Origin: Candidatus Woesearchaeota archaeon
GTDB lineage: Archaea > Nanobdellota > Nanobdellia > Woesearchaeales > JAGWAF01
DNA length: 36,228 nucleotides
Reading direction: 5' to 3'
Assembly: GCA_016211165.1 (NCBI GenBank)
Contig: JACQSU010000003.1
Span: 1 to 36,228 of the forward strand
The notes beneath the pieces were generated by a model. That model had not been told where the DNA came from. It made no database searches and saw nothing but the letters and a program-made list of their open reading frames with translations. Both the position numbers and the translations under genes were made by a program. The number at the start of each line of letters is the position of its first letter. The first letter of the stretch is position 1. Below, piece by piece: positions 1 to 6,977 of the stretch.

Positions 1-104
1 GTTCAATAATTAATGAGATTCGCTATTATATCATGTTTCCTGCATATGGGGAGCAACAAGACGAGGTTGTTGTGTTCACAAAGAGCTTTGCTCTTTGTTG
101 AGTT

Positions 105-458
105 TCAAACTAACTCAATCTCTATTCTGCTTTTATCCGCAGGATACATACGCGCTCTGGTCTTCGTCGTTATGCCTGCGAATTTAGCTATCTTGGGAGG
201 AACGCGAAAGACAAGGGAGTTGCCAGATTTCGTAGCCTGAATCTCTTCTTGCAGTCCAAATATTCGTTTTTTCTTTACTTCCGCTTCAATGTCATGAAGG
301 ACGGCATCATCAAGGAATTCGCTGTCGCACGTCGTGCAGACTTCGCATGGGCGTTCTCCAAAGCTGATCCCAAAGAACTCAACTGTGCAGAAGCTGCGCT
401 TGAGTTTTCCTCCGCAGCTGCATGGGTAATCAAGTAATGTTTCCATTGTGTTCACCAT
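105..458 (-). CDS. putative antitoxin with an N-terminal zinc ribbon and a C-terminal AbrB/SpoVT-like domain
   Basis: 117-aa ORF. Cys pairs CSCGG and CEVCTTC form a likely zinc ribbon. The C-terminal SLVFRVPPKIAKFAGI...RIEIELV looks like an AbrB/MazE-type swapped hairpin. It overlaps the upstream DUF4258-like ORF by 7 nt. Confidence 0.5.
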   Translation of the reverse strand: MVNTMETLLDYPCSCGGKLKRSFCTVEFFGISFGERPCEVCTTCDSEFLDDAVLHDIEAEVKKKRIFGLQEEIQATKSGNSLVFRVPPKIAKFAGITTKTRARMYPADKSRIEIELV

Positions 459-700
459 AGTTTGACTGTGATGGGATATATTTTGTGAAGATCCTTATTT
501 TTGAGGATGAATTCTTGATAGACAACAGAGTAAAACGAATACAGAGCTTCTGTGAGCCCGGTCTCTTTCTGCTTGTGCTTCTGGCCTGCCTGTATAGCTT
601 TTTTTATGTCCTCTTCAGATAAACCGCGGAGCCACATTCGTTCGATCGCGTGTTTGCACCGTTTATGATCCCAGTTGACTTTCAGTCTCATGTAATACAC
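452..700 (-). CDS. DUF4258-like small toxin candidate
   Basis: 82-aa ORF containing HAIERMWLRGLSEEDIKKAI, which matches the H-A-x-x-R-M-x-x-R-G-I/L-s signature I associate with DUF4258. It is translationally coupled to the zinc-ribbon ORF downstream. Confidence 0.5.
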   Translation of the reverse strand: MYYMRLKVNWDHKRCKHAIERMWLRGLSEEDIKKAIQAGQKHKQKETGLTEALYSFYSVVYQEFILKNKDLHKIYPITVKLW

Positions 701-798
701 ATATTACATTGTAATATTTAAGTGTTGCGGCTGTATGTCCAGTCGGAGGATAAGGTCAACAAAGCAATCAATAAAAGGGGTGGTATATTTGAGTGCCT

Positions 799-1314
799 AT
801 GTCCGACAAGAAATTCGTCAAATTTCCTGACAAGCTGTGGTTTCTCTCAAACAAAGAAGCGCGACCAATTCTCGAAGCGCTTGAGCGTCAGTGGGGTTTT
901 ACCGAGAAGCTGGATTATGTCTTCATCCGCACTGCGCAGGACAATGTCTATATCGCGCATCGGGATTTCGCCAATCTTGATCGGACTAGTCTTCGCATCA
1001 ACAATGTAGGGATCTACTTTTGTGAGATTCAAAAGAACGGTGATGTAAGACTTTCAATCGAAGGTTCACAGATCATTGGTCCAAAGGCAACAAAGAACAT
1101 CCTGGACCTTGAGGATCAGCAGGTCGATTTATGGATGAAGGGGTATGAGCTTGAGAATTTCGACCAGGAAAGAAAGGGCCACTTCATCATCCGTCACGGC
1201 GAGGACTTTATGGGCTGTGGCTACATTGTTCCTGGTAAGAAGATTCTCAATTACGTGCCAAAGGCGCGAAGGATTCATGCGACTCTGGCGCCGATTGCTC
1301 GAGAAGCAGCCTAA
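799..1314 (+). CDS. NIP7-like (UPF0113) pre-PUA/PUA RNA-binding protein
   Basis: About 171 aa. The C-terminal ...GEDFMGCGYIVPGKKILNYVPKARRI resembles the PUA end of archaeal Nip7 homologues. ATG at 799; the track starts at GTG 793. Confidence 0.5.
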   Translation: MSDKKFVKFPDKLWFLSNKEARPILEALERQWGFTEKLDYVFIRTAQDNVYIAHRDFANLDRTSLRINNVGIYFCEIQKNGDVRLSIEGSQIIGPKATKNILDLEDQQVDLWMKGYELENFDQERKGHFIIRHGEDFMGCGYIVPGKKILNYVPKARRIHATLAPIAREAA

Positions 1315-1441
1315 AAAGACATATAAAGATGAATGGTACCATAAAAAAATGCGCAAGATCATAATTGGAGTGCACCCCTTAAAGTAGACAACCAGATAAC
1401 GAAATCCGTAGCCATAATGTGGGTTACAGAGGTGCATTTCC

Positions 1442-2071
1442 ATGAGACGTCAATTTACTCCAGAATTCAAGAAGATTATCATCAATGAGCTTGGATCAAG
1501 ATCCCTGACTGAGGCTACGATTGCACGGGCTTGAACGCATGCTTGGTGAGTTGTATGCTGAGAATGTGCTTTTAAAAAAAGTCATCGAGAGAAGCAAGGA
1601 GCGATCACTCGAAGAGCGACGCGCCATGATCCAGACAAGCACGCTTCCAATCACTCGCTCTTGCCAGGCCCTTGATGTCAAGCGCAGCACGTACTACAAC
1701 TGGATAGGGCAAACGCAAACGCCAGACCATAACCAGGAACTCCTTGCCATTGGCTTTGTGTACCTGGCAACCATTCTTGATTGATTCAGCAGGAAATGCA
1801 TCGGTTGGGCACTCAGTCGTAGCATAGACACGCAACTCTGTCTTGAAGCGCTACACATGGCAATCACCAAGCGCGCAGCACTCGGGTTTAGCGGGCTGAT
1901 CCATCACTAGGATCGTGGAGTGCAGTACGCCTCGCATGTCTACATCCAAAGATTGCTTGATATTGGCGCTACTCCAAGCATGACCGAGACTGGAAACCCG
2001 CGCGAGAACGCGCACGGCGAGAGCTTCTTTAAGACACTCAAAGTCGAGGAAGTATACCTCAAAAAGTCTTG
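1442..2071 (+). mobile_element. degraded IS3-family insertion sequence (transposase pseudogene fragments)
   Basis: Three frame-broken pieces. (1) MRRQFTPEFKKIIINELGS..., an OrfA HTH. (2) LERMLGELYAENVLLKKVIE...ALDVKRSTYYNW, a leucine zipper plus HTH. (3) FSRKCIGWALSRSIDTQLCLEALHMAI...GLIHH*DRGVQYAS...SMTETGNPRENAHGESFFKTLKVEEVY, a DDE core with an in-frame stop. Large internal deletions; the 3' end is cut at the repeat starting at 2072. Confidence 0.75.
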
Positions 2072-2136
2072 GGCGACTCAACTTGCTTATTAACCAGTTG
2101 ACTCTATTGTTCATATATCCAATCAACTGGCTATAA
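2072..2136. repeat. 65-bp dispersed repeat, copy 1 (partner at 35279-35343)
   Basis: GGCGACTCAACTTGCTTATTAACCAGTTGACTCTATTGTTCATATATCCAATCAACTGGCTATAA. It has 60/65 identity with the direct-orientation copy at 35279. It contains the inverted repeat CCAGTTGAYT-N17-AATCAACTGG. Confidence 0.9.
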
Positions 2137-2367
2137 ATATTCGCTAACTCAGTGTCCAAGAACAAGGGTGCACTCCAGTTTCCACCCAAACAGTGCAAAG
2201 ACTTCATCAATGAGTTCATCTCCTGCACCCCCGAAGTTGAGGCTGGACGGGTCTTGTACAACCATGAATGTCGCACGTTTCGGTTTCATATGTATATATT
2301 GTCGGAGTCACTTGTCCACTGCCGGAAACTTTCCTCGAGTGGATCTGAGGGTCGTAGTCCCGCTTTG

Positions 2368-2850
2368 TCACATACTCCAAATCCTGTCTCCTACGTAATG
2401 TAGGTTTTTCACGCATGGTCCTTTGTCAACCGTTTTAAGATCCGTTCCAGCGTGTAGTGCCTCGCCTACAGCGATTGGTTTTGAGAATTTTTCATCAACA
2501 ATAACAACAATCTCTCCTTTTGCAATGTCTGCATCCCAGTCTCTAATGCCAGGCCTCATGACATCAGCTCCTTTGGTGACAAATGGAATCGCGCCCATAT
2601 CCACAACAACTTTCTTGAGTAGTCCAGGAGAGTCAAGCATTGATCGAAGTGTTGGTAATATCCTATCTCCAAGTTTGAAGAATCGTGGTTGGTCATTGAC
2701 GAGGTAGATTGTGCTATCAACAAGTTCGACTCTATCGCGTGGTGTCACAAGGTCGCTTTTGCGCAGATTCTTTTTGAGTTCTTCAGACAATTGCCAAATG
2801 TCGTTTTTGGAGAGTTGTTGTTTCATTAAGGGCCATTGGGCAGGCTTCAT
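2368..2850 (-). CDS. PUA-domain RNA-binding protein (archaeal MCT-1/Tma20-like, COG2016 type)
   Basis: 160 aa. VVVDMGAIPFVTKGADVMRPGI...IVVIVDEKFSKPIAVGEAL is a typical PUA core. A TATA-like CTATTAAGG lies about 25 nt upstream of the ATG. Confidence 0.85.
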   Translation of the reverse strand: MKPAQWPLMKQQLSKNDIWQLSEELKKNLRKSDLVTPRDRVELVDSTIYLVNDQPRFFKLGDRILPTLRSMLDSPGLLKKVVVDMGAIPFVTKGADVMRPGIRDWDADIAKGEIVVIVDEKFSKPIAVGEALHAGTDLKTVDKGPCVKNLHYVGDRIWSM

Positions 2851-3140
2851 TAAATAACTGCCGAAACCTTAATAGATAGATGAGATATTGTATGAGATAT
2901 GATTGAAGCTGATACTTTGACTCCTATGCACTCTACGCTATTGTAAGAGGACATCCAAACTACGAAGCGTACACCACTGGTGTTCGGGTGGTTACAACGA
3001 TCATGAATTTGTATGAAATCTATTATTCTCTTCTCAAGGATGGATTTGTGGATGAAGCAGAACAGTTCTATGGGATTGCGATTTCTTACTGGTGACATGG
3101 CCTTCAAAGCGATGCCAAACGTGGAGTATGTAAAAGCGGA

Positions 3141-3545
3141 TTAGGCAGGTTCCACTCGCAGCACGATCTTTTGTTCCGGACGCTTCATCTTTTGGACAAA
3201 ATCCCGTGGCAAATCAACGCACGCCATTGATGCGCGTACGCCGGCAGTCCTTTCGGACACAAATTCTCCGCGTCTGAAGACAATCTCGTGGCTATCCTCA
3301 AAGTAGGGATTGGTCTCTGCAGTGAATGTCAATGCATCGCCATCGATGTCAATGGTGACACACATTTTTTTGCATGACGACAAAAATGCTTTCAACTCTT
3401 CTGCATCAAACTCCGCTCGGACGCCGATGATGCAGTCCCCATTCAGAGTCAAATCTGAAGCAGCAGTTACTTCCATGGTTGTCTTGTGCGTGGCAAGGAC
3501 ATTCGGGTGGCCATAGGAAGTGATGGTTATCATTCTAGTCGACAA
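3141..3545 (-). CDS. DUF371 family protein
   Basis: 134 aa. HPNVLATHKTTMEVTAASDLTLNGDCIIGVRA matches the ATHKTT...GDCIIG signature of archaeal DUF371. The start may be the second Met, at 3533. Confidence 0.65.
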   Translation of the reverse strand: MSTRMITITSYGHPNVLATHKTTMEVTAASDLTLNGDCIIGVRAEFDAEELKAFLSSCKKMCVTIDIDGDALTFTAETNPYFEDSHEIVFRRGEFVSERTAGVRASMACVDLPRDFVQKMKRPEQKIVLRVEPA

Positions 3546-3571
3546 GTGGCTACGCGTTATAAAGTAATCTT

Positions 3572-3790
3572 CAGCGTAGCATCAGGACGTGGGGGATTGT
3601 TGAGAAATCAGAGTCTGTTGTGACGATCTTGGCATTCATTCGTTTGCTAAGATCTGCAACAAAGGCATCTGGCAGGCTCAAGTTGGGGGAATGCGCCAAA
3701 GTAGTCCTTGCGACGTCTGGTTACTTCAATGTCTACTAAGTCGTTTTCTCCGATTCCTTCTGCTTCTATGAGTTCTTTTGTTGCATCAAG
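3572..3790 (-). pseudogene. PIN-domain (VapC-like) relic, frameshifted and N-terminally truncated
   Basis: My manual translation of the minus strand gives ...NLSLPDAFVADLSKRMNAKIVTTDSDFSTIPHVLMLR-stop, the typical PIN C-terminus (TxDxDF). An upstream piece, DATKELIEAEGIGENDLVDIEVT..., is in another frame. No intact start; it abuts the stop of the surface-protein gene. Confidence 0.4.
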
Positions 3791-5852
3791 GCTCGCGACT
3801 CTGTCCAAACAACATGTACATCACCATCCACACAAAACCGATGAAGAGTAATGCTCCGCCAAAGATATAGTAGTCGCGTGATGTCCATGTGGTCTCATCA
3901 TCAATGACTTCCTTGACATCTGTGGGTTCCATGCCTGGGACCTTTGATGGCAGGTCTAAGAGATTGATGGGCGTATCATCAGGGACATCGGTTGTGGCAG
4001 CTGTTTCTTGCGCCGCTTCAAGTTGACACGTTTCAACCAGTGCAGGCGAAGCCGTCGGCCTAAAACAGTAGTTTACATCAAGACAGCTTCGCGTTCGTGT
4101 TCCATTGACCTGGCATTCACCAAATGATCCGCACCTCCAGTCCGATGTGCAAGCGGCTCCTGTGACTGGTGTTGCCGGTATCGGCACAGGCGCAGATGGT
4201 GTTGTAATGACGATCTGTTTCACAGCAGAATGTTCCAGTCCTTCCACCCTATACATATTGATGCTTTCATTAAGCACGCATCGTCTATTACTCCGGAGAA
4301 CTGCGTCGCAGAGGAGTTTCTGCTCGTCCGTAGCACTACATGTTGCAGTAATATCAGTAAGTGACGTAACCGTTGCATCCTTGATACAGACGCCATCAAA
4401 ACTAGCGTTAGCTCTGGCAATGTGGACGTGTTTGCGGAACGCAAGGCCATTGACGATGATTGATGAGCCAGTGATGGCGTCATCGACCACCACGGTTACT
4501 GCGGAGAGATTCACCTGCACTTTGTCAAAGTTTGTCGTCATCTCAACTACAGGTTTTCCATTGCGCATCAGGCGCAGGGTCTGTGCACCGTGCCGTGTCT
4601 TTCCCTCTTCGTTTGCACCATCAATCGTCGCAGACAATGCCACATTCGACATCCCAACAGATCCATTGCCCAGGATTGGGTCGTCCCAGTCTGCAACGTC
4701 ATCGTCATCATCATCCGGGTCCTGTCCATCATCGACGCCGTCGATATCTCCATCGATTCCTGTGGTATTGATAATCAATCTGTGGCTTGTGCTAGTATCA
4801 TTGACCATGAGTGGGTATTGTGATGTGCTGCTTCCATTAAGCACAGCGCCTATGGTCTTGTTGAGCATTCGTGTGGAGTTTGCCGTAATCAACAGGATTG
4901 TTTCAGAACCTTCATTGTAGAGATTGGCGTATCCCGCATCAGAAGAAAAGAACGCGGCACAGCTCCTGCGAAGAAGTGTTTCGTGCGTGTTTGTGCACGT
5001 GCCGATGATGATTTGTGGTGTTGCTCCGATGTTTGCAGAGGTGATAATAGCACGTCGTTGCTCGGAGCTAAGAGTGTTGGATTTGTTCAGAAGAATGGTG
5101 CTTAGCATTACTTCTCCGAGCGGTGTATCCGTGGTCATGATGGTCGCGTTCCATCGGTTGCTTCGGAAGAATGTCTTGAGTGCTCCTGTGTTATAGGGTG
5201 TTGAGATGGCGGTGTCAAGTGTGGCCGTTGAGGTATTGGCTCCGATGCTTATCGCGCGTGTGGCTGTAGAATGCGCGAAGCGTCGGTCCGTGTCATTGCT
5301 CACGTCTGCTTCGATGATCACGTGAATGGTTCCAGAAGGGATCCTGCCACTTGTTGGCCTGATGCGTACGCCAAATCGTTTTGTGTAGTCGCTGTAATTG
5401 ATGATCTTGTTATAGACATAGGACAAATTCCCCTGGGTGAAATCCATTTGTTTGATCCCATAATCATACAAGTAGTCCTCCTGGTATCCTGCAGCGATCA
5501 TTGCGCTTACGTTGCTAATATTGGGAGCAGCGTCCGGAGGCTTGGTGTACATCACAAGGGAGTTATTTCGTCGAATCGAGCTTTCCGAGTTGTTGTACAC
5601 ATTGACAAACTCAACAATAAGCCCGGTATTATCCAGGAGATTGGATCCATTGAACGTGACTGCGATAGGTATCTTACTGGTGCTATTGTATAGCGGGTGC
5701 GAATCAAACGTGAAGTTGCGCAAGACAAATGTGATGACCAGGTCTTTGTTGTCGGGTTGGTTTACAGGCGCGCCAATGTCTGTGATGTGATGTGATGGTT
5801 CTGCGAGCACGTAGGGAGCGATGAATAAGAGGAGGAAGAGACTCATCTGCAT
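3786..5852 (-). CDS. large cell-surface (S-layer-like) glycoprotein with signal peptide and C-terminal TM anchor
   Basis: The ORF extends to 5918, but MQMSLFLLLFIAPYVLAEP (Met at 5852) is the plausible signal peptide. I count about 23 N-x-S/T sequons. It has an acidic DGDIDGVDDGQDPDDDDDD block, a Cys-rich module CTSDWRCGSFGECQVNGTRTRSCLDVNYC, and a C-terminal TM YYIFGGALLFIGFVWMVMYMLF. Confidence 0.75.
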   Translation of the reverse strand: MQMSLFLLLFIAPYVLAEPSHHITDIGAPVNQPDNKDLVITFVLRNFTFDSHPLYNSTSKIPIAVTFNGSNLLDNTGLIVEFVNVYNNSESSIRRNNSLVMYTKPPDAAPNISNVSAMIAAGYQEDYLYDYGIKQMDFTQGNLSYVYNKIINYSDYTKRFGVRIRPTSGRIPSGTIHVIIEADVSNDTDRRFAHSTATRAISIGANTSTATLDTAISTPYNTGALKTFFRSNRWNATIMTTDTPLGEVMLSTILLNKSNTLSSEQRRAIITSANIGATPQIIIGTCTNTHETLLRRSCAAFFSSDAGYANLYNEGSETILLITANSTRMLNKTIGAVLNGSSTSQYPLMVNDTSTSHRLIINTTGIDGDIDGVDDGQDPDDDDDDVADWDDPILGNGSVGMSNVALSATIDGANEEGKTRHGAQTLRLMRNGKPVVEMTTNFDKVQVNLSAVTVVVDDAITGSSIIVNGLAFRKHVHIARANASFDGVCIKDATVTSLTDITATCSATDEQKLLCDAVLRSNRRCVLNESINMYRVEGLEHSAVKQIVITTPSAPVPIPATPVTGAACTSDWRCGSFGECQVNGTRTRSCLDVNYCFRPTASPALVETCQLEAAQETAATTDVPDDTPINLLDLPSKVPGMEPTDVKEVIDDETTWTSRDYYIFGGALLFIGFVWMVMYMLFGQSREP

Positions 5853-5928
5853 TCTGAATCCCGCCGACCCGTCAGTGGTGGCAGGATTTCGATGATGAGG
5901 GTACTTATAGGTGTTCACGACCGTAGAA

Positions 5929-5945
5929 CCGCCAGCTGCGGCGGG
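5929..5945. promoter_or_regulatory. 17-nt GC-rich motif CCGCCAGCTGCGGCGGG next to a TATA-like element (identical copy at 36002-36018)
   Basis: Exact 17-mer shared by two loci. In both it lies 5-8 nt downstream (minus strand) of a TATA-like element, ATAAAAG or CTATAATT, of a minus-strand gene. It can form a CCGCC/GGCGG hairpin. Confidence 0.4.
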
Positions 5946-5984
5946 ACCTCTTTTATTGTATAGGCCATACCCACTGTTCTTGAA

Positions 5985-6875
5985 TTACCTCGATAAAATC
6001 CTTCTGATTCCGCCGACCGGTGCGGCAACATCGCCTTTATACCGTGGCAAGATATGGACATGCAGATGCGGAGTGGTTTGTCCTGCCCATTCGCCGTCAT
6101 TGACGCCGACATTATATCCATCCGGTCGGTGCATGGAGTCGATATGAGTCTTGGTGGATTTGATAAGTGCATGAAGTTCAGCGGCTTCGTCAGTGGAGAG
6201 ATCAAAGTATGATGTGACATGTCTGAAGGGGATGACTAATGCATGTCCCTTGGCTACGGGTCGTGTATCCCACTGTGCATAAAAGTGGGTCGATGTTTTC
6301 ACAGGGGTTTGGGTTCTTCGGCAGAAGACGCAGTCTTTTGGTCCTGGTGGTGGAAGTGCGGCTTCTCGTTGTGCTGCGAGCATTTGCTTTCTGCGTGACA
6401 CAAACTGTTCTCCGGATTCATCGGGGTCTTCTCGTCGCTCAGCGACAACGCGTTTGAGTACTTGCGGAATAAATCCTCCTGCGCCTCGTGGTGGTGGGCT
6501 GGATGCTCGTTCTGCTGGTCTGAAGCGCACGGGTGCAGATGGTGGCAGGGATGTAGGTCGTCCTGATGCTCCGCGCAGGGCAAGTCCGCCTTTATTTCGT
6601 GCGCCCATCTGTCCTGCAAGTGATCCGTCGCGTGGCGGCATCATGACTGTGGGGCGCGAAGGTTGTATCCTTGTTGGTCGTGTTGTGTTCCGATCAACCA
6701 TCTGGATGCCAAGGTCATCGTTATTACTAAGTGTGCGATTCTGGTCTAACTCAACATATTCATCATCTGGGGGGTTGGCAAGAGGAGGGACCCTTTTCCA
6801 GGAGTTTAAAAGAGGGGTGGAACCCCTCTTTTTCTCAGCTTCCCACTGCTCTCTCATCTCTTTCGATGACGCCAT
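5985..6875 (-). CDS. HIT-family nucleotide hydrolase/transferase with a long low-complexity N-terminal extension (start uncertain)
   Basis: The C-terminal approx. 130 aa carry DCVFC...GHALVIPFRH...GQTTPHLHVHILPR, the HxHxHxx histidine triad. The N-terminal approx. 165 aa are Pro/Arg/Gly/Ser-rich. An alternative start at Met165 (6383) would give a canonical-size HIT protein. Confidence 0.8.
   Translation of the reverse strand: MASSKEMREQWEAEKKRGSTPLLNSWKRVPPLANPPDDEYVELDQNRTLSNNDDLGIQMVDRNTTRPTRIQPSRPTVMMPPRDGSLAGQMGARNKGGLALRGASGRPTSLPPSAPVRFRPAERASSPPPRGAGGFIPQVLKRVVAERREDPDESGEQFVSRRKQMLAAQREAALPPPGPKDCVFCRRTQTPVKTSTHFYAQWDTRPVAKGHALVIPFRHVTSYFDLSTDEAAELHALIKSTKTHIDSMHRPDGYNVGVNDGEWAGQTTPHLHVHILPRYKGDVAAPVGGIRRILSR
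6801..6834. repeat. G4-hairpin element (family copy)
   Basis: GGAGTTTAAAAGAGGGGTGGAACCCCTCTTTTTC, a 10-bp stem flanked by an A-run and a T-run. It is close to the copy at 9268. Confidence 0.8.
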
Positions 6876-6977
6876 CGACGAAGGTATCCACCCCTGGTAT
6901 AAATATGCTGTGTGGTCACTAGATGGTCATTTCGCCCGATGCCCTCTTTTTATGTCTCTCTCTCTCTCCGCCTAGGT

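Noticed and set aside
2324-2336. The minus-strand GAGGAAAGTTTCC resembles the RNase P RNA CR-I motif (GAGGAAAGTCC), and a complementary GGAAACT lies about 155 nt downstream, which could form P4.
   Set aside because: I could not find the other conserved regions (CR-II to CR-V consensus) or convincing P1-P3 and P5 helices. The motif is itself a near-palindrome, and the region is too short.
2850-3107. An 85-aa minus-strand ORF in the 290-bp gap between the PUA and DUF371 genes.
   Set aside because: It has no recognisable motif, odd composition and no RBS or TATA. It would begin inside the promoter region of the DUF371 gene. A 30-codon plus-strand ORF here is equally unsupported, so the gap is left unannotated.
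4105-4920. A 271-aa plus-strand ORF, and several other ORFs of 60-190 aa lying antisense to the surface-protein, thermosome, copA, gltX, BlaR1-like and CcdA genes.
   Set aside because: They are shadow ORFs inside confidently assigned genes on the opposite strand. They have low-complexity or odd composition and no ribosome-binding or promoter signals.
6454-6975. A 173-aa plus-strand ORF antisense to the HIT N-terminal extension.
   Set aside because: It is an Arg/Gly/Pro-rich mirror of the opposite frame. It runs through the hairpin repeat and the Nudix promoter and has no family resemblance.
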